DNA from: Callorhinchus milii | Lineage: Eukaryota | DNA length: 64,000 nucleotides | Assembly (NCBI RefSeq): GCF_018977255.1 | Contig: NW_024704743.1 | Coordinates: 92,816,001-92,880,000 of the forward strand | Direction: 5' to 3' | Shown here: positions 51,907 through 64,000 of the stretch, in pieces | How positions within the stretch are numbered: the stretch's first letter is position 1 | How the letters are laid out: every line of letters starts with the position of its first letter | Notes under the pieces: model-generated | Databases searched by the model: none | What the model was told of the DNA's origin: nothing | The model's input: the letters and a program-made list of their open reading frames with translations, nothing else | Program-made: the position numbers and the translations under genes

Positions 51907-52890
51907 AACAACAACAACAACAAGATTGCATTTATAGAGCTCCTTTCACATCGGGAGGACGTCCCAAGGCGCTGGACAGTTGGGTCGGGACCCGAGCATG
52001 GCGGAAATGGTCAGGGTGAGGGGAGGGAAGGGAGGGAGCGAGGAGGGGGTAGAGAGTCGAGAGGGGAGCTGAAGGCGCAGCTGAAGAGAAAGGTCTTGAG
52101 ACCGGCCTTAAAAGAGGAAAGGGAGGAAGCAAGGCGAAGGCACTGGGGAATGAAGTTTCAGAGCCTACGGGCTGAGAGGCTGAAAGCCCGGCCACTGAAG
52201 GTAGGGCGGTTAGGGCGGGGAATGTGGAGCAGACCAGAGCCAGAGGAATGAAGGGTACAGGCAGGTAAGTAGGGGGTTTGTAGGTCGGAGTGGTAGGAGG
52301 GTGCAAGGCCATGAATGGCCTTGTAGGTGAGGATGAGGATCTTGAATTTGATCCTCTGGGGGATGGGGAGCCAGTGGAGGCGAGCGAGGGTGGGAGTGAT
52401 GTGGTCGCGGAGCCTGGTGCGGGACAGTACACGAGCTGCAGAGTTCTGAATGACCTGCAGCTTGTGGAGGGAGGTGCCGGGAAGGCCGACGAGGAGAGAG
52501 TTCACGTAGTCCAGCCTTGAGGTGATAAAGGTGTGGATCAGTGTTTCAGCAGCGTGAGGGGGGAGGTAGTGCCGTAGTCTGGCAATGTTCTGGAGGTGGT
52601 GGAAGGCAGTGCCAGCTGTGGGGATGTGGGGAAGAAAGGACAACTCAGGATCGAACAGAACACTGAGGTTCCTGACTGGTTTTGAGAGGTGGAGAGTGCA
52701 GCCTTGGATGCTGATGCTCTCAGCGTCTGAGGTGCGGAGGCGCTGACGCGAGCCAATCAGGAGGGCCTCAGGTTTGCGCACATTGAGCTGAAGAAAGTTA
52801 TTAGGCAAGCTGTCAGGACATCTGTGGTCATGGAGTTGAGGGTAGAAGAGGAAAGGTAGAGTTGGGTGTCATCCGCATACATGTGGAAGT
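51907..52890 (-). mobile_element. Young L2 LINE, 5'-truncated
   Basis: ORF 52158..52808 (NFLQLNVRKPEALLIG...SRLDYVNSLL...LHWLP); FHMYADDTQLY RT motif at about 52857-52889. Confidence 0.96.
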
Positions 52891-53052
52891 TAAGAAGTAA
52901 AGACAACTTAAAGAGCTGGTATCACACATAGTGAAAGTACTGTGTTTATATCTACTTTAACTGGCAAGATTCTGCCCAAGTACTGCAGTGAAACAAAATG
53001 TATTTGGATAATGTTTCATATGTAAAGGCTTAACATGTTGACTGTTCCCTAA

Positions 53053-53151
53053 GTGTGCTGGAGGCTAGGACTGCTGGGCAGTGCGATATTGGATTTAATC
53101 TGATTATTTTTAATTTAGTCAAGCAAGTATGCTGCTAACCAAGAAGTCAAT
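53053..53151 (+). repeat. Hairpin repeat, copy A (degenerate)
   Basis: Collinear with 56660-56756: gtgtgctgga..ggac..ctgg.cag..gata.tggattt.atct..agtat.ctgct. Confidence 0.7.
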
Positions 53152-53316
53152 GCTTGTCTTTGGTTTCTTAAGGACAATTTCAATTACTTCTGCAAGTTCT
53201 GCCTTGTAGGCAAAATGTGGCCTTGTATTTTAGTATCAATATACTTTTTGGTCAGCTGGGTATCTAACACATATAGAAACACATCACTATGCTTAAGAGT
53301 ATCTAAACCAGATAAG

Positions 53317-55356
53317 CATAGAAACACAGGAATTAGGAGCAGGAGTAGGCCATTTGGCCCCTCAAACCTGCCTCGCCATTCAATAGGATCATGGCTGATC
53401 TTCTAACCTAACTCCATCTGCCCGCCTTATCCCCGTATCCCTTAATCCTTCCATCCTTTAGAAATCTATCAATCTTAGTCTTGAACAATTTCAAGGACTG
53501 AGCATCTACAGCCTTCTGGGGTAGAGAATTCCATACATTCACTACCCTCTGAGTGAAGAAGTGTTTCCTCAACTCTGTTCGAAAAGGCTGACCCTTAATC
53601 TTAAGACTGTGATTCCTAGTTATAGATTCTCCTACGAGGGGAAACAGTCTCACACTTTTTACTCTGTCAAGCCCAATAAGAATCTTATATGTTTCTATAA
53701 GATCACCCCTAATTCTTCTATATTCTAGAGAATATAGGCCTAGTTTACTCAACCTATTCGCATAGGACAACCCCCTCATCCCAGGAACTAACCTAGTGAA
53801 TCTACGCTGCACCCCCTCTAATGCGAATATGGCCTTTCTTAAATAAGGAGACCAAAACTGTACAGAATATTCTAGGTGCGGTCTCACCAAGGCCCTATAG
53901 AGTTGCAGCAAGACTTCCCTACTTTTGTATTCTAATGCTTTGCAATAAAAGCCAACATGCCATTAGCCTTCCTAGTTGCTTGCTGTACCTGCATACTAAC
54001 TTTTTGTGACTGGTGTACAGGGACAGCCAAATTCCTCTGAACACTAACATTATCTAGTCTTTCCCCTTCTAGAAAATAATCTGCTTTTCTGTTTTTATTA
54101 CCTAGCGGAATAACTTCACACTTCCCCACATTAGATTCCATCTGCCACCTTCTTGCTCACTCACTTAGCCTATCTATATCCCTTTGCAATCTTTTTGTGT
54201 CATCCTCAGAGCTTACTCTCCCAACTCAGCATCATCCGCGAATTTAGATATTTTAAGTTCCATGTCCTCGTCTAGATCATTGATATAGATTGTAAATAGT
54301 TGAGGCCCAAGCACTGATCCTTGTGGCACTCCACTAATCACATCTTGCCAATCTGAGAAGGACACGATTATCCCTACTCTCTGTTTTCTTCCCATTAGGC
54401 ACTCTTCGATCCGTCGATGTTGCCTTTAATTCCATGGGTCCTAATTTTGTGTAGCAGCATTTTATGTGGCACCTTGGCGAATGCCTTCTGAAAATCTGAA
54501 TACATTACATCTACTGGTTCCCTTCTATCTAACCTGCTAGTTACATCCTCAACGAACTCTAAAAGATTTGTTAAGTATGACTTCCCTTTTGTAAAGCCAC
54601 GTTGACTCTGCCTAATCATGTTATAGTCTTCTAATTAAGGATTCAAGAATTTTCCCTACCACCGATGTCAGACTGACTGGTCTATAGCTCCCCATCTTCT
54701 CACTTCCATCCTTCTTAAATATGAATACAGAAGCAAAGTATTTGTTTAATGACTCTGCCACATCTTTCTCCCCCATTATAATTCCTCCTGTCTCTGCCTA
54801 TAATGGACCCACATGCACTTTTGATAGTCTCTTCCTCTTTTTGTATTTGTAAAAACTCTTGCAGTCTGTCTTTGTGTTCCCAGCTAGTTTGCCCTCATAA
54901 TCCATTTTCTCCCCCCTAACCAGTTTCTTAGTTTTTCTTTGTTGGTCTCTGAAGCCCTTCCAATCCTTGGATTTACTGTTCTTTTTGGCAGTATTATAGG
55001 TTTCTACTTTTAATTTTATACTTTTCCTAACTGCTCTAGTTAGCCATGGTTGGACCACTTTTCCCGTGGTATTTTTATTCCTCAAGAGAATATGTGATCA
55101 CTGGGAATTATGTACTATATCTTTAAAGGTCTGCCTTTACTCGTCTGCTGTCATAGCCTTTAATCTAATTCCCCAGTCTATTTTAGCTAAATCCTCTCTC
55201 ATACCTGCAAAGTTGGCTCTATTTAAATTTAAGACCCTTGCTTCGGACTTAACTATATCACTCTCTAACTTAATGCTGAATTCCATCATGTTATGGTCAC
55301 TCTGTCTTAGAGGAGCCTTAACTTCCCGATTGCTGATTAGTCCTATTTTATTACAG
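53317..55356 (-). mobile_element. CR1 LINE, ~2 kb, disrupted ORF2
   Basis: ORFs with SDHNMMEF (endonuclease end), [38 protein letters not shown] and RPHLEYSVQFWSPY; stops, frameshifts and deletions. Confidence 0.97.
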
Positions 55357-55552
55357 TAAGAGTTCAACACATGTTTGTCACCTAGGAGTGGAAATATCCC
55401 TGTGTCTAGAATGGAATGCATGCTCTCTCTGCAGAGATAGGTGCTGCTTACCTAAATCTGGAGAGTATTAGGTACATGTGAAAGCCAAGGTGGGAGTGAA
55501 GTGAACATCAGGGTGCTGCTATTAATTCCGTTATTTTACCAGCTAAGATAAC

Positions 55553-55942
55553 GGATCCCGGGGCTGAGCTGGGGGGGGAGGAAGGTGACCAAAGGCGCGG
55601 TCGAAAAAAAGGTCTTCAGCAGAGACCTGAAAATAGGAAGAGAGGGGGCGAGGCGAAGGGAGTGAGGAAGGGAGTTCCAGAGTCTAAGGGCATAGTGGCT
55701 GAAGGCATGGCCGCCGAGGGTGGAGCGGAGGATTCAGGGGACCAGGAGGAGGCCAGACCCAGAGGAATGAAGGCAACGGACACTGTTTTGAGGAGAGAGG
55801 TCAGAGAGATAGGGGTGTACAGAATAATGGAGTGATTTGAAGACATGGGTGAGGATCTTGAAGTCGATCCTCTCTGGGACAGGCAGCCAGTGCAGTCTGG
55901 CAACGACTGGGGTAATCTGGGAGCGGAGTTTGGTGCGGGTAG
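55553..55942 (-). mobile_element. L2 fragment lacking the terminal tail
   Basis: ctgggacaggcagccagtgcag (LHWLPVPERIDFKIL on the - strand) and LWNSLP motifs. Confidence 0.85.
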
Positions 55943-56659
55943 GCTGCTATGTAGGTTGCTATTGAAAGCAATGTCTGACAAGCTTCCGGCTGCTTGTCCA
56001 GCCCAAACCACCCTCCTCGTTAGGACTCCGTTTGAAAGAGTTAACAGGAGCCAAGCGGAAAGAATTCCTGCCCCTCTAAATCCTGCTAATGAACCAGATA
56101 GACTGGTCTATCATTAACATTGGCCTGGAGTTCTCTTAACCCAACTGGCTCAGGGACTGATTACACTGCCTTCTGCATGGTGTGAGAACATTTACAGGAC
56201 AGCCTATAGTGTGCCACCCAAATAGACGTGTCTGCCTTGAAGCTGAATCCACCACTACTATACCCAGCAACAGATCAGTGTAGGCCAGGCTCCCCCTTCC
56301 CTGTAGCCATTTGCCCCTTTTAACCACAAATTTACTTCACTCACATAAACTCACATTTCAAGAAAAGTCACCATTGATAAAAGAAACGTTTCAGCTTATA
56401 AATTCAGGCCGGGAAACAGTTTTTCAGTTTAGTTCAATTTTAATCCAAAGAGACTTTCAGATTTGCCCCACCGTCATTTATCATTGGCCGTTAAGAACCT
56501 TGTTCAATCTTAAGTAAAACAGAATGCAGTACGCAAGAAAGGAGCAGGTGGGACAGACGTTAATGTTATTCAGCAGTAATGTTAATTAACATCTCTGTGC
56601 TAATTAACATAGTCAATTTAGCAACCTTTTGATATTCTAACACATGGAATAGTCTCCAG

Positions 56660-56756
56660 GTGTGCTGGAAACTTGGACAACTGGACAGCGGGATACTGGA
56701 TTTGATCTAAGTTTTTTTATTCAGCTAAACCAGTATTCTGCTGCCAGCTGGTCAAT
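56660..56756 (+). repeat. Hairpin repeat, copy B (pre-miRNA-sized stem-loop)
   Basis: cagcgggatactgg (56686-56699) pairs fully with ccagtattctgctg (56730-56743) using two G-U pairs; the stem extends outwards. Confidence 0.7.
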
Positions 56757-57929
56757 TGACTATAATGTTTAATAGAACATAAGTGTTAAATCACACATTA
56801 CAACATTGCAAAATGTACTTTAATATTGAGGATATTATACTACTGTACAATTAGCTTTGAGAGCGACTTCCAATAAGATTTCTAAGCCCTTATTTATGTA
56901 GTGAACATTATAATAACAAACCTTACGTTTGGTGCAGCGTGTTTCATGTCAGGAGAATTTCTCAAATTGCTTTGCAGGATATACTTCAAAGTCCAGTAAG
57001 ATTATTTTGTGGGCAAATGCACAAGCATTCATGTACAGTAAAATGGTTGCTGTAATTTGGGAAGTTAATGAGTGGAAAAAAGGGTACATTCTACAACCCA
57101 AAATCCTGTGATATTTTGTGGCTGTAAGATAGAAATGAGAAGCACATTGCATGTTTAATTATCAATCAAGATATATCTTATTGAAGATAATTTTGCCAAC
57201 AGTAAAAAATTGAACCATTAATGTCCAGATCAACAAACAACCACAATATACATGAATAAAACATTTTTTATGTTAGGAGGATATTTCATAGCATTTCACA
57301 GAGCTTACTTGGAGCCTGAGTTGGGGGTGGGAAGGAAGGAGGGGATGAAGAAGCTGCGAAGGATGGAGAGGAAGCATGATAAGTTTTAAGGCTGGATTTA
57401 AAGATGGGGAGAACATAACTGTAATGCCATTACCGCATCTACCACAACTCATTGGTAAGCCTAAACTAGCAACAAAATTATTATTTATTCTGCTACTATA
57501 AGATTTTGCATTCTTAAAGACCTGCAGCCCTGCATTGGCCCCATTGTGCCAGATCCTCCTCTGAGAAGAAAGCCATTAATTTCTCTGTTACGCTTGTCCC
57601 CATTGTTGACGACATGCGGAAAAAATATGGGATCACCATTCAGACCACTTCATTCAAGAACAGTTAGGCTGATGTAATTTCTAGCTCAAGGTCTTTTGAC
57701 AACAACAATTTTCTCTAGCACCTTTCATGTAGGGAGAACATCTTCAAGTGCTTCATGTGATAGGTGTTATAAAATTGTGTATTGCTGTTGTAAAATGATG
57801 GTATGGCTTGACACCTTATTGGGAATCATCCGCAAAGCTAATTGTACATTGCAATAATATTCATGGTGTTAAACATTGGTAAATTGAGTTGAGTGAGGGA
57901 ACTGAATATAAATATAACTGGTAATAGAT

Positions 57930-58250
57930 GAAATAGTAATAGATTATTTCTATTGATCAACAAGTCACTAACAAGAGGGTATACTTTTATGAAAACAAGC
58001 AAACAAATAAAAGGATATGAAAAACAAAATTCTTTACACAGAGGGTGGTTAGAGTGTGAAATTCTCTGACACAAACCGTTATCAACACAGAGTCAATACA
58101 TTCTGTAAAAGAGATTCAGAAAAGTTTCTTGAAAATGAGGCATATTAAAGTGTACACAGAGGTAGCAGAAGAGCTAAGTTACATTATCTCCTGTGGAGAA
58201 AAGCACAAGCACATACTTGATGAACCGAATGACTGTTTTCTGTGCTGTAA
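57930..58250 (+). mobile_element. Old CR1 3' end
   Basis: ttctttacacagagggtggttagagtgtgaaattctctg resembles FFTQRVVRVWNSL; 3' UTR gatgaaccgaatgactg..tctgtgctgtaa. Confidence 0.75.
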
Positions 58251-59353
58251 TATTGCTTAATTTTTGGGGTTGCATTTACTGTGCATTCAGCTGTCTTCAG
58301 AAAGAGCTAGGACCATGCAGGGAATACATGAATTTCCAATAAAGCATAGGCTTACTGTTCTCCTGGGTCACATCCTGACAGTACTCAGAGAGCAGACACA
58401 CAACTATGTTACAAAACAGAATCCACTTGCAGGATGAGATTGTTGAGGAGACACAGTGCTCCTAAAAAGACTGAAGCCATAGCACTTGTTTTAAATTCCT
58501 TAAATTATCTATTAACTCTATTAACCATACAGCATTGGGAAAAATGTACCTTATTGATGCATCTTCCAATGTGAAACATTTAAAACAGAAATGAGCCTGT
58601 TCCAGCTGATTATTCCTGGTACGCTTCTGGCACTTTAAAACAGTGCTAATTCATTCCACAGACTGAATAAGACATGCAGGGCTGGCAGGAGAACAAAAAA
58701 ACGGAACCATAGCAACATCATGTGTCTGACATGGGAATACTGTACTTGAGGTCTATTCAAGGCTCGTGTTTGAGTGCATCGCTCATCACCATCTTGGTAG
58801 AATTGTGTATGAAAGTGTGTCACAATTTTGTAATACTTTAATGGTAAAAAGAGAATGCTATTTGTTTGATTTGAAAAGTCCCAAGCAAAACCAAATCCAT
58901 AACTTACTTTATTAGAAAGGATCTTTTGTGTTTTTGTTCCTTCTTGGCTTCAAATCTGCCATCCTACACATTCTGCTTCTTCCTTCATCCCTGAAGTGTT
59001 AAATTTAGAACACTTCACAAATCTTGTCATTCTAACTCAAAATATAAAGTCTCCATATTCTTCCATTCCTCTTACAGTCTAAAGGCATTCAGCTAACTAT
59101 TAATTTCTGATTGAGAATTTCCTCTCCTGCTCTTTCCAACCGTGGTAATATGTAATATTAAAGGTATTTGCAGTTCAATTAGGTTTCTCAATAACAACAC
59201 GTGTGTGGAGTTTTGAAGTATTATGCAATAATAAGAGTGATAATGATTTAATTACTGTAATTTACAGTCATACAAGTCAATAATTATACTGTGCATAAGT
59301 TTGATCCCACCTTTCAACATTGGCACAATCATAACTAAAATAGCCAACTTTAT

Positions 59354-60199
59354 AACAACAACAACATTACATTTATAGAGCGCCTTTTACATCGGGAGGT
59401 TGTCCCAAAGCGCTGAACAGTCAGGTTTTGGGGCCTGAGCATGGGGGAGGGGTGGGGTAGGGGTGAGGGAAGGCAGAGAGGTGGGAGGGCAACTAAAAGC
59501 ACGATCGAAGAGAAGGGGCTTGAGACCGGCCTTGGTGGAGGCAAGGGAGGTAGCGAGGCGAACGGATCGTGGGATGAAGTTTCAGAGTGTGGGGGCAGAG
59601 AGACTGAAAGCCCGGCCACCGATGGTAGGGGGGGTAGGGCGGGAGACATGGAGCAGATTGCAGCTTGCTGAACAGAGGGAGCCGGCAGGTTGTTAGGGAG
59701 TTAGCAGGTCAGAGAGGTAGGAGGGGACAAGGCCGTGGATGGCCTTCAAAGTGAGGATGAGGATCTTGAACTCGATCTTCTGGGGGATAGGGAGTCAGTG
59801 GAGTCGGGCGAGGGTGGGAGTGATGGGGTCACGAGCTGCAGAGTTTTGGATGATCTGCAGCTTGTGAAGGAAAGAGTTGGGAAGGCTGATGAGGTGGGGG
59901 TTTCTGTAATCGAGTCTTGATGTGACAAATGCATGGATAAGGCTTTCGGCAACCTGAGGGGTGAGGCAGTGGTGGAGTCTGGTAATGTTGCGGAGGTGGT
60001 GGTAGGCAGTGCCAGTCATGGCGCAGATAAGGGGGAGAAAGGACAGTTCAGGGTCTAACAGGACACTCAGGTTCCTGACTGGCGTAGTGAGGTTGAGTGT
60101 GCAGCTGTGGAGGCTGATGCTGCCAGCGCCCGAGGTACGGAGGCTCTGGGGCGAGCCAATCAGGAGGGTCTCGGTCTTGCTGACGATGAGTTGGAGAAA
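59354..60199 (-). mobile_element. L2 LINE 3' fragment
   Basis: ORF 59795..60226 (FLQLIVSKTETLLIG...AFVTSRLDYRN); (CAA)n tail at the left. Confidence 0.94.
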
Positions 60200-62061
60200 G
60201 GTGCTATAAGGTGCTATTATAGGCAAAGAACAATGAAAAAAAACGAATAAATGATTTTACAGTCTTATATTGATTGGAGCAATATCTATATGGTGACTCA
60301 CTTGGTAAACTCAAGTGAGTAGGAACAGGTCTGCACTAGGAAGGTTGTAAATGGAGCATTCACAACCCAGAAGTCACTGCAACAATTGCAACTATCCAGT
60401 TCGTCTCTAAAATTACATGATTTACCACTAATTGCTAAAAATACTGAATAAAATCAAGTTCCTGGAGGCCAGAGATTGTCAAAAGCTATTTTACAGCTGA
60501 CTGTGTCCTTTCCCACCTTTTGTTGGACTTTTAGGGCTTTGTCTCAGCTGAGAAATGTTCTGAAAGCAAAATACCCACTACCAATGGAACCCAGATAAAT
60601 AACAATGTTTGAACCAAAGTTCAAATCATTCAAATGCAGAAAGAATTGGCATATTAAAAAGTAGATAAATCGATAAATCGATACTTGGGCCATTATGTAA
60701 AACTGGTGGTCAGGCTTAATGGACTAAATAACATCTGTCTTTTTCCTGTTTTCCTATTTTCTTATTAATGCATACAGAGAAAAGGCAGAATGGTGAGGTA
60801 ACAGAGTCAGATTCCATCTTGATACAGTGCTCCGAGTCAATACCCTATATGAAGGGTGCTAAATAAATGCAAGTTGTTGTTGTAATAGATCTAACAAATT
60901 ATCAGAGCAGACTCAACATACTAAATGGCCTCTTGTTCCTATGCATCGTAAAATTTTGTTTCATAATGAATATAATACTTGCTAACACACAACAGAAACC
61001 AACATGAAGGTTTGAATCTAAAGCCCATTGTATGATTGACAAAGAGCAACATTTGATGTCAATACAAAACGAAGGACTGACTTTAGGCAGCATCCGTAAA
61101 CTAGCTACCCAGATGTGAGGAAAGCATGAAATCCAAGAAATGCAATAAAAGAACAGCAAACAAAGAGGAAGGCTTGGATGAAAATCATTTCAGATAACTT
61201 AATTGTTCGATATTATTAAGGAGAACTCTGGGTGCTTCACAGGTTTTATCAAATTCCTGGAACAGCACTTAGGTCACTTGGAGTACAGCAATTTATCCAA
61301 AGCAAAGAAAAATAAAATTCAGCAGTAGTCCATGCAGAATGCAATAAAGGTGTATATTTTCAGAAATATTTCTCAAGACTAATGCACGGGCCAAAAAGGC
61401 CTCACGTTTGTCAGCAGAAATACAGATATGGCTATATCAATAATCCATGGCACTGTGTATTCCCAACTGAAGTCATTATAAAGGTTTAGATGACAGGCTG
61501 CTTCAACTCCATCATCTGATCCACTGGGAACTGAAGCTCATAAATGGCTTTCAACATAAATCTCTCATATAAAGTGTAATAACCACAGCCAGCCAACGCA
61601 ATAAGATTACCAAAAAGTGCAGCGGTGACCTGGGACAATTGAGAAAAAAGCAGTCTGGCTAAATGATTGGCACTGACAACCATATAAAACCTTGCTAAAC
61701 AGTGTCAAAGCCCACCTCTGATGATTTGTAAGTCTAACTGAACAGCTAACGGTTAGCTCCTGGCTGTTTTTATATCTATTTCATCTTACAGTTCTTGTTT
61801 TGCTGGAAAACTGAAGAAAAAATGAGTCGCAAGAAAAATCTTTTCTTAAATTGCTGCTATTCAAGAATAAAATGGCCCTGACTTTGAGCAACTTACAACA
61901 AGGGCAAAAAACTACTTCAGAGGTCACTTTCATTTTATTCTGACCACATTGGTGACGAATCAACAAAAACACACATGTTAAAATGTCAAAAATGTTCTTG
62001 TCCTCAAAACATTCTGCGCACTTTACTATTACTGGCTGTAGGTATCATAGGAGTTATAGAT

Positions 62062-62242
62062 GTCAGCCTGACTCACTTGGTAGCACTCAGAGTCAGATAG
62101 CCATGGGTTCATGCCCAATATCAGGAGTTTGATCTCACATAAATTAGGTTGTCACTTCAGTACAGTGCTGGGGTGCATTGCATTGTTGAAGGTGCATCCT
62201 GCAGATGAGACACAAAACCAAAGTCTTTCTGTTTAGGTGGAT
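62062..62242 (+). mobile_element. Deu-domain SINE 5' half
   Basis: gtcagcctgactcacttggtagcactc head and gaaggtgcatcctgcagatgaga core. Confidence 0.75.
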
Positions 62243-62708
62243 GGCAAAAAATGCAAATTGAAAGTAAAATATCTCAATTACAATATAAAGGCCTCACATT
62301 CCCCTGCTTTCAATCACACTAACAACCAACACTATCACCATTAGCTTGCTAATCATTACACATGCATTCTCTTCACCTGTTCCCTTCTATTAAAAGGGAA
62401 TGTATTGGAGCCGCTAACCAGAAAGCAAAATGATGTGCTATGAATCACAGATATAACTGAATCACATCCAACAATTGATTTGATCAGACGACTAATTGTA
62501 CCATGAAATGTAAGATAGGGACTGCAATCTGATTCCTTCAAGAACAACAATGATTATAAGCAAAAAGAGCTGAAGGGTGGAATTAAGCGACATCTAATTC
62601 TAATCAACTGTGCAACCGAGTACAATTGTTCAACCAAGCAATAATTTGGGAATGTAGAGCAGAATCAATGCTCCTCACAATGTAACCAGTGTTCCATTTT
62701 TTACTAAT

Positions 62709-62799
62709 AAAAACAGAAGTTGCTGGGAAAACTCAGCAGGTCAGGCAGCATCTATGGAGAAAGGAAAGTGAGTCAACGTTTCGGGTCCTTTGTCAGAAC
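62709..62799 (-). mobile_element. Penelope-type terminal-repeat fragment with a degenerate hammerhead core
   Basis: Minus strand ttctgacaaaggacccgaaacgttgac...atgctgcctgacctgctgagttttcccagca, a repeat I recall as common in chondrichthyans; has a CUGANGA...GAAA-like core. Confidence 0.6.
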
Positions 62800-64000
62800 A
62801 TATCAATATGCCCTATAACAAACATTCAAATTGGAACTTTGTTAAATAGTTGATTAAAATAGCAAAAACAGTGGAAATAATCTATTATTATTTACCCTGA
62901 CATAACCCTTCAGAATCTTGAAGACCGCTATCAGTTCACCTTTTAACCTTTTTTATTGTAATGAAATTTTTTTTTAAATCAATAGGGCAGGACACTGGGA
63001 GAAAGGACAGCTCACCCAAATGACAGACATTTCAAGAGACCTTGAGAATAAACTCCTTTTAATGAATTATATTACCTTTTAATGAATTGCATTTGTCTAT
63101 ATTTCCATAACAGCAATAATCCTTGCGAGAATTTGACTCCAATGTCATTAACATTTCTACAACCACATATTTTTATAATGCACACCATTTTATGCCATAT
63201 CATACCTCTGTCAAACATAGTATCTAGGTATATTAGCACCCATTAACAGTCAAATTTATTCACAATACTGTGTAGGATTGCAAGTGATAATTAATAAAAT
63301 GGTAAAAGTCTGTAACAGAGAGGAAGAAAGCTGGATAAAAGTGATGAACTCAATCAGCAATGTGGTTGCTCAAACCTCAGTTTTCTGGCCAGATGATCAA
63401 TTATTAGAAAGCAGACATTTTAATAAGTATTACAAGGTCTTGGGTTAGCCTTGCAATGTTTGCTGGTATTCAGATCCTCTTACATCCATGTTAGCAGATC
63501 TCAGAGGGACCATTCACTGTTTTTCACTTTGTGCTGCGTTAAAATTCACTGCAGCTTCAACCTCACAGGATGGCACTGGGGAGAAGTGTGAGTATGTGGA
63601 ATGGACTTCACAGGGAAGCAGATTCCATCAGCATTTTCCAAAGGGGACTAGTATTGACAAAACAATTTATTGAAGGCTGCGTGTGATGGAGCAATGATTG
63701 TTTTGGCGGTGAAGGGTGGGAGGTTGGTAAAATGGACCACAATTGTCTTTTCTGGTCTTTTATATGATTATGTTGCTATGTGTGAGTTTGTCTCTAGCTC
63801 AGACCAATGTTTTCTTTCAATCCAGCGCCTAGTCATAAAGACTAAAAGATGCAAAGTACAAGCAGAACAATTTAGAGAGTCTATAAATAAGTTATAAATG
63901 ATTCATGGAAGCTTTCGGTAGAAAGAATAAAATAGCCATGAATAAACTGCCTCAAACAACACCATTGTAAAATGTGATATAGATCCTTATAGAGGTAGAT

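Larger units (their letters stand above)
53245..56165 (-). repeat. Unclassified structured element, copy 6, split by a CR1 and an L2 (53245-53316, 55357-55546, 55944-56165)
   Basis: The pieces rejoin collinearly against copy 4; taag is present at both CR1 junctions. Confidence 0.8.

Noticed and set aside
63555..63587. 33-nt plus-strand exon candidate (ctgcag|...|gtgagt)
   Set aside because: Weak pyrimidine tract, no supporting motif, and compatible with chance.
1..64000. CRISPR array or prokaryotic operon
   Set aside because: No regularly spaced repeats or dense ORFs; the recurring motifs are dispersed SINE and LINE tails.

Overview
AT-rich vertebrate genomic DNA, intronic or intergenic in character and dominated by retroelements. 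The repeat set (young L2 and CR1 LINE fragments, tRNA-headed SINEs with L2-type 3' tails, Deu-domain SINEs, a Penelope-type fragment) points to a cartilaginous fish, probably a chimaera; this is inference. I recognise no complete host gene. The long ORFs are LINE remnants, LINE shadow frames, low-complexity frames or unassignable. The best leads are: (1) six co-oriented copies of an unclassified ~590-nt, stem-rich element with a shared A-tailed 3' end and apparent compensatory base changes; (2) a ~250-nt fragment of the 28S rRNA peptidyl-transferase region with unusual CpG retention; (3) a candidate 30/27-nt minus-strand microexon with a strong donor and a nearby RBFOX motif; (4) a duplicated pre-miRNA-sized hairpin; (5) a decayed Penelope-type hammerhead ribozyme. 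A probable solo LTR, two MITEs and several nested insertions are also present. All alignments and folds were done by eye, so boundaries are approximate.
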